Translations under genes and position numbers: made by a program | Notes under the pieces: generated by a model | Databases searched by the model: none | The model's input: only the letters and a program-made list of their open reading frames with translations | What the model was told of the DNA's origin: nothing | Shown: positions 34,671 to 48,586 of the stretch, piece after piece | Position numbering within the stretch: position 1 is the first letter of the stretch | Layout of the letters: the number at the start of each line of letters is the position of its first letter | DNA from: Marsupella aquatica | Lineage: Eukaryota; Plantae; Marchantiophyta | DNA length: 64,000 nucleotides | Direction: 5' to 3' | Assembly: GCA_973895155.1 (NCBI GenBank) | Contig: OZ316899.1 | Coordinates: 11,001,135 to 11,065,134 of the forward strand

Positions 34671-36103
34671 TGGTGGACCATGCAATGCAGGTCAGTTCTT
34701 GGTTCCCAAATGTCTACATTTTCTTGAGGGTCTGCTGTTGACTAGTAGTCCGGGAAGTACATTTCCATGAATCTCTTATGGCCAATCATGTTTCCATCTA
34801 GCACTCCTTTGTCTACAGTGAGTAACAATCTTGCTCTGCTCTTACCAGTGCATGATTTGTAGGTGTCTCAAAATTTGTAGGTGTCTCCTGTATGATCTCT
34901 GATTTAATTATGTTCGAGATAGTATAGGATGTGCGGCATGCACTAGCAATGCTTTCAGTGTTGGCCTCATCTAGTGGAGCAGTTGTGCTGGAGGGGGACT
35001 TTTGCAGCTCATTGGAAGATGGGACAGGCACTTCACCGAGAGAGAATGAGCTGGGCGAAAGACCCCATGAAGACGAAAAGGCCAGAGGTCAAGTGGGTGG
35101 ATCAATGTCGGTTAGGATGATGTTGCTGTCCAACGAAATTGAGCTCCGTGCTCTGTTTCAGCCCTGAGCCTGGTGCGCTGTCAAGTGGCAATTTGAGCGA
35201 GAACTTTTATTTAACAGTAGTTGCCCACTGAAAGAAAGGTTCAGCCTTTGCATAGTTTCCTGAGAACGTGATGTGGCAGATTGAAATGGCAATTTTAAAC
35301 TGACATTACAGTAGTCGTCCACCCAACGGAAGATTCACCTTCCTCTAGACACCCCTCTAGCTTGCTTTGCTAACTCCAACAGTAGGGCTCTCTGATAGAC
35401 TAATCCTACTCTCAATTCAGCAATGAGGGCCACCCAGAATGATCTGGCCGACTAATCAAACTCTCGATTCAGCGACGAGGGGCCTAGAATGATCTGGTCA
35501 GGCATGTTGTGCACTAATGTACATTCCCGAGCTAGCTGGGCTGTAGACAAACAATAGTTCTTTTCTTTCTTCCATGGCCAGGCTTGTTGTGCAGTACAAT
35601 CCCAAGCTATTGAGTATCGTAGTCTATACATACAGAGGGACAAATACTATGTACTTTAGAGGAACAAAGTTTATTGAAATAAACTTTTCCATTTCTCCTT
35701 ACTTTAACTTCTATGAGAATTTTGTGGAAAACTTTCACTACTTATTTTGGTTAAATATTTCCTCCAAATATTTTTAATTGAATTTTTTTTAAGCTTATTT
35801 GGTCAAAAATTTATGACAGTTATATATGTGTAGTTTACACACCAATTATAGATGGAACATAAGGTTTATATCAAATAAATTAAAATGTCAATAGCAAATC
35901 TACATCAAAAGTATATATGTTTCATAATGTAATGAAATGAACTTTCAGCATTGCATAGACATCATTCGGATATAAAATAGATGAATTTGTTATAGCATAT
36001 TAAGATGGCATGGTGTCATGCATTAAACATATATTGGACATAGCCATTTGTAGCAGTCACTATTATGTCCAATAGATACAAAACAAACAAAATTTCATTT
36101 TTG

Positions 36104-36820
36104 TGATGAGTCGTCCGAGTTTGTGGACAGTTGAGCAGATTGCTTATGCCTTTGGCTGCTCATTAGAGGGAGAGGCATTGTATTCTAAGAAAAAAGATTT
36201 ATCCACGCCTTACTTCTCAGGAATTCAAAATCTCAAGAATGGTTGGAATTTGACCTAGTGTGCTTATCCTGAATTGAGAGTTCTCTTGGAATTCTTGGTG
36301 CCGATCCTTCACCCAAAGAAGCCAACTCTTTGTCTTGTATCCCTGGCAAATACTATTGTAGCTGCTCATAGTGGAGCTATCCAAGTAAATTGGGCCTTGT
36401 TGATCTTTAATGTTATGAAAGATCAAGTGAAGAGTCTGAAGGCAGGAAGACCCACTTGTTTGCAAAGTTATCTGTCCCAGCTCTACTATGCCCATGACTG
36501 CTTACACTTTGAAGAGAGAATGGAGAGAGGGTTGCTCTTAATTGAACTAGGCATTGAAGAGGAGATTTCAATAGAAGAACCAGGACTGCCCATTCCACCA
36601 GATTCCAATGATCAGAATGTTGATGTGGACATCGATGAAAATATGGAGGATGTCTCAATAGGTGGTTCTGAACCTTCACCTGTACACCACTTGGAGGACA
36701 TATATGACTTGCACTCTCCAAGGGAAACCGGTGGTGCAGATCAACTAGAAGCTGAAGGAGATGAGTTTTTACCTGAGCAACAAGAAGATGTTGTTGAACC
36801 GACTATTGTTGCCATTGGGT
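36104..36820 (+). pseudogene. Retroelement accessory ORF fragment related to the LTR-borne protein family
   Basis: WTVEQIAYAFG...KNGWNLT.CAYPELRVLLEFLVPILHPKKPT...VNWAL lines up with IAEVFGLP...KNGFFRNTCTNPHIGEIIDFLRVTMH at 5909. Confidence 0.6.
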
Positions 36821-36821
36821 A

Positions 36822-37161
36822 TAGCGACGGAGACAGGAAACAAGTAAACAGGAAATTTTTTTCCTGCTTTTAATATGCTGTTACCAGGAAAAAATCACTG
36901 TTACCAGGAAAAATGACAATTTAAAAATGTCTCCTAAAACATATTATTTCCAAAAAAAATTAACAATGCAATATTTTTTGCTAGCTTTGGGCGCTACTAT
37001 TAGCAGCGCCGGGCGCTAGCAAAAAAAACTGGTCGACCAAAAAACAAACTTTTTTTTTTCTCAAAAAAAAATTTCAAAAAAAATTTTCCACCTATTTTCC
37101 TATTAGCAGTTTTTTTCTGTTACCAGTTTCTGTTATTAAATCCTGTTTCCTGTTTGCTGTC
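36822..37161. mobile_element. MITE-like insertion with imperfect terminal inverted repeats
   Basis: Left GACGGAGACAGGAAACAAG, right CCTGTTTCCTGTTTGCTGTC, AT-rich interior. It interrupts coding-like sequence. No TSD verified. Confidence 0.55.
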
Positions 37162-37813
37162 TTTTGTAAACACCTCCTGTCATTCATGGGGCCACCACGC
37201 CCACTTTTTCGAAAGCTGAGTCTAATCAACAACTCATTGATAAGTTAACCTCTCTCTTTGATTGTAGTGATGCTGAACTCTATAATGTGGTTAGTGACTT
37301 GAGAATGAAGTCAGTTAGTCTGCAATCACCTTTTCCAGATCAGTTGACTCCTATCAGAACAACTTCACCATAGAAGTTTTGGAACCAGAAGAATTTGTTA
37401 TTCTCACTCCCATCACACAACAGAATCCCCCTATAGAACAGAGTGAACCTGTCTCAGGTATAGGAAACATAAGTTGTGTAACAGTTGTAAGTGACCTATT
37501 GGAAATGCTTCAGTGTGAACCCAAGGAGATAGTCTCTATTGTCAGTGACTTAATTCAGAAGTACCCAGTACTCAAAGGTCCTTACAATCAGGATGCCTGC
37601 ACTTATAGTCTAGATTCCAGTTATGAGCCAATAGATGGACCTATTTATACTCGACCGCAGTATGAACACCCTTATGTTTGACAGGATCTCCCTGAGGATT
37701 CCGATTCACCCTCAGATGGTGAAACTTATAGATCTTATGATAATTCTCTTGAGTCGTCACCAAGGCAAGGATTTGAAGATGTTGACGCTACATAACGGTC
37801 GAATCCAAATCTA

Positions 37814-38458
37814 GTGGCAGTGGTTACTTCTTCTACTCAAACTCCTAGAAATTCCACTATTGAGAGTAGATACACAAGACATCCTGAGTCACAAGTACAC
37901 AGGTATGTCACCACTTGCAAAATAATGCAAGCCAACAGACCATCGGTTGGAGAATTCTGGAGATACTACTATCTGAAGAAGACTGAGGCTAGTTACATCT
38001 TTGACCTTAGATGTCATGGTACTTCCAAAGTGGAGATGGCACAATTTGATAAATTTTGGACTGACTCTATCTACTTCCGGCCCATTCTTGCTGTGATGCT
38101 CCTACAAGGTGATGTGGAGGTGGAGGATCCTGATTTGGTCCTGGCATACTTTGGAAACTTTGTAGCTTATGTTTGGGATTTTGTAATCTCTTTTCTTATG
38201 CAGTGTAAGAAGTCTACTTCTCTTCAAAATGATTACATTCATCAAAAACCCAAGGTTGTACTCATTTTGACTAGTACCTTAGCCGACAAACAGAGGATAT
38301 GGAATAATATTACCTCTCAGACTCTTGCTGAATTCAACCGATACTTCAAAGATGTCATTTGGAGACTTCGTCCTTTCTATTCTAGGATGATGAGAATAGA
38401 AGATTTCCTATTCCATTACCCTCAAGTATACGCTGCTCCTGCAATCAGTATGATGTGA
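37814..38458 (+). other. Unassigned 214-aa ORF, possibly the downstream part of the disrupted ORF starting at ~36104
   Basis: Open frame with protein-like composition; no recognised motif. Confidence 0.35.
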
Positions 38459-39829
38459 TTGGGATCTACCGAGAAGCACTTCGTATAGACCTATGTTACT
38501 TACAGAGAAGAATGCCTTTGATGTATCCTGAGAAGCAATTACAATGCCTACCCTATTCTCGAGGATCACCACAACAAAGTGAGCTTATGGAAGTTACTCA
38601 ATCTCGGACTGTTACCCTTGTGGAGCTTCTCGAACCAGATGATATCTAACAACAAGCTTGAGGCAGAATCTAAGTGTTTTAGTTAGTTTTAAGAGTAGTT
38701 CATATTTCCTGATTTTTCTAAATGTGTTCTAGAGCTTTAAAAGCTACGAGACTTCTTCAGGAGGTAGTCTGTACCTAGGAAAACCTGTCGGCAAAATTTC
38801 AGAGTTTTATGGGCCAGGAGTAAAAACTTAAAAATAGTTGAATTTGCTAAGTTTTTAAGTATATCGTAATACGAGTTTACGAGTTTATGCTTATACGAGT
38901 TTACGGCTTTACAGTTTTACGGGTTTATGAGTTCATACTTAGCCACTTATCCAACTTTTCACTTACAGAATGGTCATTTTAACTTTTTGAGGGGTATGAA
39001 GAGGCATGTCTCTTCGACCTGTGACCTTTCATTCTATAGATTTTCACTATAAGACACCTCTACCACTAGTGTAAAATGATGGAAAAATTATGCATTTTTG
39101 TCTCTTCCTTGTGTTAAACCAATTGATCATGAATCTATGAGTTCAAGATCAGGTTTGACAAATAGGATAAACTTTCCTCCTTGTGGTTGTATCTCTGTTT
39201 ATAAACACAAGAAGTAAAATCCATTTGTGCAAAATCTTTGGAGTTGTGATGATAGATTCCTTTTTGGTGATTCATTGTAATCTCTTGAGTTCTTAAAATT
39301 AACTCATTGAGTTTTAAGTCTTATTGGAATTGATGGATTTTTTTTCATGTTGCTTAGTACCATCTAAATGTTGAAGTAGTTACCTTTTAGATCTTGTCTG
39401 AGTATCACTTAGAAAGAAAAGACAAGACATGTTGAGGGCACTTTAAAAGAGTAATCTAGTAAGCATTTTAGACCAGAAAAGCAATGTGGATTTGAATCTC
39501 ATAAATAATTTTATTTTGACTTATGTTTAAGGAGTAACCTTGGTACATACCAAAGTTCCTTGGCATACTTTAAGATATTTTTCCGTGTGCTTTGTTAATT
39601 ATTTCCTTTATTTAATTTATGTTTACACAATGTTGAGTTATCATTGAAAACTACTAACCGCTGTGGAGCGATCTTCAAAATACCTTAGTAAAGTAATCAA
39701 ATTTGATTACTATGTGTGGAAAATATCTGAATTTCTTTATTATTGTTTAAAACTATCAAATCAACCCCATCTTGTTCTTTACAGGAACGAATACCGAGTT
39801 TGAAGATCTTTAAGTGTGTTTTTGGTTCT

Positions 39830-40803
39830 TCATGTCAAACTACAATAGTGAAGGAGTTGTCTATGCCATTTTGGTGCTCCAACTGAGGTTTTGACTAACT
39901 AGGAGATTGAGTTTCGTGGAGATTTTCAGGCCTTGTGTGATCAAGCATTGATTGATCATTGTACAATGTCCAGGGATCATCCAGAGGCAGATGGATTGGC
40001 AAAGAGAGTTTTCCAAACAATGAAAAGAGGATTGTGGAAGTATGGCTTGCAATAGGGTTATATGAGTGATTGGGATATCCAGCTACCATGGTTAGCGATG
40101 AAATATTGCTTCAATAGGCAAGGATCTCTTGCATCCTTTTCATTGTATTTGCTGCTCTATAGTAGCTAGGGAGCCAATGTTGCCAGCAGCCATTCAATGA
40201 AAAGTTGGTGAAGTGTTGCAGTTGGATGATCCTGATATGTGGATGCAAACTTGTTCTCAACATGCAGAATTGTTTCAGAGTGTGATGGCCATGTTGTTTG
40301 AGAACTTAGCTATTGTGTAGCATCAAGATACTCTCAGGTATGTCACTATTCGGGGAGGAGGATATCGCCCTAGCATCAGACGATTTCATTATGGAGACTA
40401 TGTGTATCTGCAACAGATAGCACCCACTACTTTGGATGTTACTATCGGACGTACTATTTTGCAAGTGCATAAGGTTTTGCCATCAGGCATTATGGTTTTA
40501 GAAGGTCATGATGGTATGGTTTGGAAGGATCACGTGCGCGATTGTGCACCTTGTCACCTTCCAAACATTGATGATAGCATAGATCCTAGTCTAGCAGTGG
40601 TACCTACAAGCTTACGGTGTATGTTGTGTGAATCTGCCCAAGGAGCTACAACCATGTTGATTTGTGATGGTTGTTCAAGAGGTTGGCATTTGGCGTGTTT
40701 GACGCCACCTCTTGATTCAGTCCTTGAGAGACAGTGGTCGTGTCCCAATTGTAGATGGAGATTGGATTTAGTTAGCATAAAACTTATTAGGCTAGTAGTA
40801 TAG
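39830..40803 (+). pseudogene. Degenerate Ty3/gypsy integrase with a C-terminal PHD finger
   Basis: FGAPTEVLTN..EFRGDF...HPEADGLAKRVFQTMKRGL, then CMLC...MLICDGCSRGWHLACLTPPL...WSCPNC (C4HC3). Confidence 0.85.
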
Positions 40804-41340
40804 ATTGCAGACAGGCAATTAACAATGGGGCTCCTTTGCATCCGGCCTCTTGATCTGTGCACCAAAATGGTGTATACTTTCTTTTAGTTTTAGGGCTAGC
40901 TGTAGTTAGCAGGACCTAAGAGCATCTCCAATGGTTTGGAGATTTCAGGCCCCTATCCCCATCGTATAGCGGACCAAATGACCCCTACCAAAAATGGAAA
41001 GTTGCCATCATTTCCGCAGTCCCCCCCCCCCCGGTGACTCGCCATTCTGATCCCATCCCATACAAAGTGGGGCCCACCTGGTCTCACACAAAGCCAACAG
41101 AGCGCACGTTGGTCCTGCTTGCATTTGCGACCCTCTCCTCTGGTTCTTGCAGACCTCAACGCCCGCCTGCACACATAGAAATGTAGGCATGTAATCCTGC
41201 GGATTGATTTATTTTGTGTGTTTTGTGTTGTTTGCTTGCCTTTGTGTGTTTGCTTTCATATCGCTGCCAATTTCACCCTGTTTTGATCAAAAGAAAATCA
41301 GTCCCTTTGACAAACCAGGCCTGTACTTCATCACTTTAGA

Positions 41341-42640
41341 ATGGAGCTCAAAAGGTGGCTGGCAGATCTTGAGGAAGAATTGGATGAGGAGGAGGCTGAT
41401 TGGGATGAGGAACAACGCTTTTGGGAGTTGATGATGTTCACTGGACCCCTTTCCATTCAAAATTTGGCCCAACACCCAAGGAAAGGAAAGCACGGAGGTC
41501 TAGACCAGGCAGGAGTCAAAATGTGGAGAGGCGTAGAGAAAAAGGGGCAAAAGACCTATGGAACGATTACTTTTTTGATACACCAACCTATGATGAACTA
41601 AAATTCAGGAGGAGATTCAGAATGAGTAGCAGGTTGTTTAACAAAATTCTTCTTGATGTGTGTGCTCATGAGACTTAATTTTGTCTAAAGGTTGATGGTG
41701 CAAGGAAGGTAGGCTTGCTCACATCAAAAGTTGACAGCAACATTGAGGCAATTGGCTTATGGAATTGGCGCAGATGCTTTGGATGAGTATTGTAGAATTG
41801 CTGAAAGCATTGCATTGGAGTCTCTTTATCAATTTGTGAAAGCCATCAGAGAGTTGTATGAGGGTCAGTACTTGAGGAAGCCAACAGCTGTTGATTTCAA
41901 ACATCAGCTTCAGATTAATGCAAAGCGAGGCTTCCCAAGTATGTTTGGTTCATTGGATTGCATGCATTGGGCATGGAAGAATTGTCCTGTTGCTTGGCAG
42001 GACCAATACACCAACAAGGACAAGAATAAGTCCATCATACTGGAAGCTATTGGAGATCAGAATTGTGGATTTGGCATGCCTTTTTTGGGCTGGTTGGGGG
42101 AAATAATGATCTGAATGTCCTTGATTGCTCCCCACTTCTAAATGAATGGTTACGCAATGATTTGGCCAATGTTACTTTCCATGTCAATGGTACATAGTAC
42201 AAACAAGCTTATCTTTTGGTGGATGGAATCTATCCAGAGTGGTCTATGTTTATATCCACTATGCACATGCCACAATAAAAAAAACTGAAGCACTTTGCAA
42301 CATGCCAAGAGGCAGCAAGGAAGGATGTAGAGAGGGCTTTTGGGGTACTCCAAGCTAGATTTGAGATAGTGAAGAGGCCTGCAAGGTCTTGGTATGAAAA
42401 AAACATTGTGAATATTCTACTTGCATGTGTCATCCTACACAATATGATTATTGAAGATGAAAGAGATGACAATTTCCCTCCATATTTGAGGGTTGTGCTG
42501 CAAGAGTGAACAGGGGAAATCTGCCATGGTTGGAGTTCCTTGCTGCAACAACTGAAGTCAACAACAAGGCCAACCATTCCGTCTGAGAAATGACATTGTT
42601 GACCACCTTTGGAGTCAAAAAGGATCGATGATTGATAGTT
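41341..42640 (+). pseudogene. Harbinger transposase (DDE_Tnp_4/Plant_tran type), degenerate
   Basis: LWNDYF...FRRRFRMS; LRQLAYG...DEYCRIAES; RGFPSMFGSLDCMHWAWKNCP; DGIYPEW; RKDVERAFGVLQARF; ACVILHNMIIEDE. Multiple stops and frameshifts. Confidence 0.93.
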
Positions 42641-44072
42641 TGGTGAGCTTTTTCTCTCTAAATCCTACATTTGTTTCTAAATGAAAGGTGGGAGTACGAG
42701 TATTAGTCGTCTAAAGGGGGGAAGGGGTACAAAGTCACACTTGCTTTGACTCGTTTCCACACATGCATTGATAGGTACAACACACTTGGGAGGTACTATC
42801 AAGGCAATTTCTTTGGTACGAGGGGAATCCAAGTCCAAGCGAGTATGTAGCAGGAGTTTGTCTTCACCTCCTGAGTTTCTCACTCACACATTGTAGAGTA
42901 ATTGGGGCAGAAAAAATTTGAGACTCATTTGTTTACCAATTCTCACTCACACATTGTTGAGCTCTGTTTAGTCTCAAAGTGCATAGCTCAATTTTGCCAG
43001 ACTTTGTCAACCTGCAAATGAGGAGATCCGATGGAAGTGGGAGCACCGAGTCTTCTTTTGGAAGCACAGCTACAAGCGTCCTCCATCAACCTGGCCCCTC
43101 CCACTCAGGCCAACATGGAGAAGTCAAAAGAGGTCCCTGTGAAAGCCACCGAAGGACCAGGGAAGGTACGAAGAGAGTCAAAGATTAATGATCGAGCAGC
43201 ATTGTTGATGGAGCTCATGGAGTTTCAGCCAAAAAATTCAGAGGAGGCACGTCTGTTGGCAAGCATGGAGGATTCAGATGTTGATTTGGAAGATGTCGAG
43301 AGCTCCAATAAGGGCTCTGGGAGTGGAGACTGCTATGTAGTGTACACACAGCGCCCCCTAGTCCAAAGCGTCAACCTAGGGCTCGATCTTAAATTGTCTA
43401 TTGATGAGAAGCTCTCAATTTAGGTTTGTGGGCAGGCATTTACAACTTTAGAGTGCATAGCTCTCAAAGTTTAATTCCTGAATAGGGTTGGAATCGGGAA
43501 TGCTCGTGAGAGGTTTAGGAAGGCGGGTTGGAATCGGGAATGCGCGTCTCAGGGTTTCAGGAAGATTAGGATTTTGCACACATTTCCTACTTTATTAGGG
43601 ATTTTGCAATCAGGAATGCCCGTCAGGAATAGGACTATGGGCAACAATTTTGTAAAAGGTGACAGTTTTAATTAAATGAGGGGTTTTGGAATTCCATGTG
43701 TTTGCAATGTTGTTCTTAGTTTTGAGACAACAATTGACTATGGACAGCTTGACAATCACCGTTCAAAGAAATTGACTTCGTGTTCAGCTTGCAATCAAAG
43801 TTCAAAGAAGCAGTTTTTTAAAATTCATCAACATTGCACGTATACAGCAATGAAGCCATTCACGGCTACAAGGGCTACAACACTACAAACTGGCTAGCCA
43901 ATAAATCCTGGAATGAAAATGCAGGTGGAGAACCCTGAATTTTGTTCTCTAAATCTACATGCTCATTTGCTACACCGGTGCTGTGATTTGGGTCAACCGT
44001 GCTCTAAAAAAAACCGGAAATGAAGTTTGAACAACGACTGGAGCACTCGTTGACTTCTGCATCCTAGCTTTC

Positions 44073-47000
44073 TGTCATGCCGTAAGCTTCGTCCTTGTGC
44101 GGATTTTGGCTTAGACGGGCATAATCTTCATTAGTTTCGAGAGTTCAGGCAAGGAGGGATGTGCAAACTGAACCTTATTCCCGTAATCTAGTGCTAAGTG
44201 CGCCTATTCCTACATATGGAAATGTCATGGGTATAGTTTGTGTTCCGCCGCCAGAACGTACCTTAAGTTGATAGTTGGATCGACCTCGACTTAAGGGCTT
44301 CTAAGCCTTTGTAATGTCCACCTCCAATCTAGATCCGATGATACGGGTATCCAACCCGGGCCTGCAACCACCATCTGTAGCCTACACCCCATGCACGGCT
44401 CGGATGATGCGTTTGGCCAGGCATTCTCTACCCATATACGAGATTCATACATGCAACGAAACTCACTCACATACAATCTCGGTTTACACGAAGGAAATGG
44501 TGGGAAAAGACTTAACTTCAGAAACCGTCATACACATATACCCGGTTGACTCGACATCTCTTGAGTAAACAGGCCCAACGGTAGAGCGACATACACTACA
44601 ACGAAGCCCAACTTTGCAATCGCCCAACAAGCTTAGTTGTACCCTCCCTCCTTGGTATCTTTTACTCACAAAGGCCGGGACTCCCGGCACATCCTACGGA
44701 TACCCGGTTCTGAAACTAAAACCCCCCCTTGCCTCTATTGAGGGGTGCACTAAATACTAAGAGCCAGGGTCTGGACCAACCACGTGCTTGAATCTAAGCT
44801 ATCTCAAATTCTAAACTCTGCTAACTGTCAGGCCGTAAAATGACGTGTCTTATTCTAAGATTCTAACTACAAAGGTTGGTTGGATAGGACAGCGCCGCTC
44901 ACTAGTTTCGGCGCTTGTCCTTATCGCTTGACTATCCTATTCCTAACTCTATCCTAAACCTATCCCACCGCTAATGTCTGGCACGCTTGCTAGATCCGCC
45001 AGAGTTGGACTTGGAGCGGCCATCCCGCTGCCTTCTGAGCCGGTCGGCTTCCTGCTTGAGGAGTTGGACCTGGTCCAGCAGAGATTTGTTCTTTTGCTTT
45101 GCCGCGCCCATCTCCTCCGCGGCTTCCTGACATGCCTCTTCCAGTTGTTGGACGTTGCTCGTCAGCTTGTCCACCAACTGGGCCTGCTTTGTGGCTTCTC
45201 CTTGAAGTTGTGCCACTCCCACCTTTAGGAAGTCTATCTCGGCTGTATCTCGCTGGGCCCGAGTGTCAGCCTCCTCCACATCCTTTTGCCAAATGATGGC
45301 TTGTCCCTTCAAACTGTCAATTTGGGTTTGGAGCCGTACGATCTTGGCGTCCGTCTTGACTCCGGCCTGCTCTACCAAGATGCCCGAGCCCTAGCTTTGG
45401 CCACCTGATCTTCAGTGGCCGCTACCTGAGGCCGCAGCAGTTGGAGTTCAGTCTCCCGGGCTGCAACTTCGTCTTTCAGGTGGGTAGACTCAATCCGATA
45501 CCGCTCTATTATCTGCATAGCCTCAACTTGCGCATGTCCTGCCCGCACGGCTACAACCAACTCCTAGTTGAAGAATTAGCTAGGCCACCTTCCGTGCCAT
45601 GTACTCCCCGATATCCCGTGCAATTTGTTGAGAGAAGTCTCCCAGCAACCCATTCAAAAACGTGCCCGGTGCAAAGAGTTCCGGGCTTTCCACACTATGG
45701 CCCTCCGGGTTTGGGCAAGGACAAACCTCAGCTCGCGCGGGAGTTGGAGTGGTGACGTCTAGCCCTTGAAGTATGGCGGTAGAGGGGGTTGGGTTTTCTT
45801 GGGCTGGGCGGTTCTCCTGAACAATCGCGGAGGTTGGCGGGATGTCCTCTACGATTGCAGTCTCGAGCGCGGGTCCGGCCTCTGCCAGCCCGACTTCAGT
45901 TGCATTGACTTGGTTGATCGCGTCCAAGGTTGCGATAATTGCATCATCCGGTACATTTGGAGGGGCGATAGCGGCTGATTGCGGGGCCAGGGTAGTAGGT
46001 CTCACGGCCGCCAGACTTCAAGCCTTGGGCTGAGGTCGCCTCTCTTGGGCCAAGAATATCCACCATGATGAGGTCAGCTCGGGCTTGTTGATATGAGGGA
46101 GGCTTTGGCGGTCAAAATGGGCGTATCACTCGATGATGATTTTGATGTGGCTAGCAAAGTGCGCCTTCTCTCCGAGGTACAAAGTCTTCCTTCTCCGCTC
46201 CATCTCCTCGTGGAACTTCTTGGCGAAAAAGGACGCCCACTTCCTAGGCCGGTAGTTCTCGACCTAGATGACCTGGGCGGCAGATATTTTGCCCCTCAGT
46301 TCCATCATGTGGATGGCGTACCGCTGGAACTCCAGCTGTTCTGCTACCTCCGGGGTGAGGCATGTCCTCATCAAGAATCCGTTGTCCACTGCTCCCTCGG
46401 CTGGGAAGCTAGAGGACTGATACTTGGCTCCTTTGCCCCTGGGAGCCCATGATTCTACCCAATTTATTCCTTCGGGTAGGCCAAAGATCATCTTGAGACG
46501 TGCCTTGTTGAGGGACATCACCCTCCCGTGCACTCGGGTTTGTTGGCGGGCTTTGTCAAAGTTCTGGATGAACTCCGTCATGTCCTGCCCGTAGTACCTG
46601 CATCTATTCCAAGGAAGAGAGGCGAGGTGCTCAAACCCTTGGGTCTTCAGGTAGCATGCATGCTTGGGGTGGAGGATGTTTTTATGGACATTCTCCTCCA
46701 TGCAATGCATGGTCAGCTTGGCCACCGCAACTATGGCCAAAGGCAGCCCGGATACGGTTGTGGGTTCCTTTCTTGTCCTACCCCGAGACTGGTTCTCGGG
46801 GTGACTTGAAGAAGGGGACATCTCCCCATCCTCTCTATCGGGCGGCGGCAGCGCTACCGCCGTTAGCACTGGTGTTGGGGCTGCTACTATCACTGTGTTA
46901 TCCACTCGGGCTTGTGTGAGTTGTGTTGGGTTGCCCGGTGCATGTTGATTTTCACCTTGAGGTCGCCGGTTCAGGGGAGGGTGAGCTTCCTTGTCTTTGG

Positions 47001-48052
47001 AACTGATGTTCACCGCATTTACCACGGATCGCACCCAGAGGGGTGGTGCGGCTGGTGGTGGAGATTGGCTTGGCGGAGGCCGAGGTGGTGTTGGCGTGGG
47101 CACCAATGAGTCGGCGATGGTCGTAGCTAGAGGAGGCGCCATATGATTTAGCAAGTTTCAGGGGAAGCCGAGTGAGGTTAGGATGGATGTCTCACCCGTA
47201 GCTGCAGTACGAAACTGGTAGTTTATGGAAGCCTGGACTTTGGCGGGGATATGATTGAAGTGGTGTTGTTGTATGTCGATCGTGCTCGGGAGTGTGAAGA
47301 CCTTATTTGGAAGCCAAAGGAGTGTTTCCTAGAAACCGACGTACTTTGGGCCATCGAAGAAGTATTCGGAGATCTCGTTGGCACAATAGAGCTTGCTCTA
47401 GAATGGGAGGTTGAAAACTCTGTTATAGTAATAGCGCCCGACTAGGCGGATGAGTCGTTTGTACTGCCTTTCGGTTTTGTACCGGCGTGGGTTGACCTCG
47501 GCCAGTGACTTTGCTAAATGATTTCCAATGGATAGAAATTGAAGCCAAAACCAAAGGGCAGAACTGGACATAATCGTGACAGACATACAGGAAACGGCGG
47601 TGGGTGATTGAGGAGCAAACGAGTAAGCTGGGATTGAAGTTGGCGCAAAGGGTGAAGTGGTGGTGCTTCACGAGAGAATGGCCTGCCTTTTATACCCTGA
47701 GGGCTTGTCGGCCGAACGGTCCCTTCCTCCTTTTGATAGGCCGATCCTTTCACGCTTGTAGTGTACCGGCCACTCCGCAGGTTCGGGTTAGAGCATGTCA
47801 GTGAGCCGCCTCCTAAATTTGTTATACGGACCCGAGGGTGCCTCCCTACACGCTTGTGACTCAGAGTACGAATGGTGCTCTACCGCCAGCCCGAGCGTAA
47901 ATATTCCTTATTGACTAGTGATGTCCTAGTCGTGGTTACTACCTATTTTAGTGTCATTATGCTAATTATTACGGACTACTATGTCCCTAGCGCGCGTGCT
48001 AAGCACGGATTAGACCGGATCACTCATTAACCGCCGTGCTGGCGGCGTCAAA
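44073..48052 (-). mobile_element. Coding solo LTR, ~3980 bp
   Basis: Minus-strand termini TTTGACGCC (one change from TGTGACG)...GCATGACA resemble the intact LTR ends. Flanks CTTTC/ATTTC (4 of 5 match). No gag/pol. Confidence 0.8.
44971..47586 (-). pseudogene. Degenerate LTR-borne ORF homologous to 4874-8557
   Basis: YLKTQGFEHLASLPW...TEFIQNFD...TRVHGRVMSL...MIFGLPEG...NGFLMRTCLTPEVAEQLEFQRYAIH...ISAAQV, followed by a C-terminal coiled coil and basic tail. Confidence 0.82.
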
Positions 48053-48586
48053 ATTTCAACTTCCTTGCCTCTTCTAGCTTCCACTGTCTAACAAAGTCAC
48101 GCAGCTCTGGCTCCATGTTGTTGGTAGGCAGCGTCAATAGTTTCATGAGGGAATTATTCTGCAAAGTGAGCACCCTATCTCGATTTGCAGTTGCCATCTC
48201 CTTATAGGCATTTGCACTAACCTTCATAGCTTCTTGTTCTATTTTCATCCGCTTGTGATCCTCCTTGGCTCTCTTGTTTCCTTGAGGCCTCTTCCTCATG
48301 TCACACTATCAATCTTCAGCCGCTTCATCCTGGTCTTTATCAAAACTCTCATTGTCACCATTGTCAGTGACAATTGGAGAGGGGCTTGAGTACTCATTCT
48401 CAATTGTGTCACTCCTGGATGTTGTTGACTTCTTTCCCTTCCCTTTAGCCGTATCGTCTGTTGGATTTCCCCACCGTGGGGAGTCTTTCAAAATCCAAAA
48501 GCAAGAATCAAAAGGGAAAGATTTCCCTTTGGGATGGTTTTTGCTTAAATAATTCTTTTGCCTTCAACACTGTGTCATTTGCGTTT

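Noticed and set aside
39063-39090. CACTAGTGTAAAA as another CACTA terminus
   Set aside because: No partner TIR or subterminal repeats found.
43031-43423. Third gene inside the Harbinger element
   Set aside because: Short ORF with no recognisable motif.
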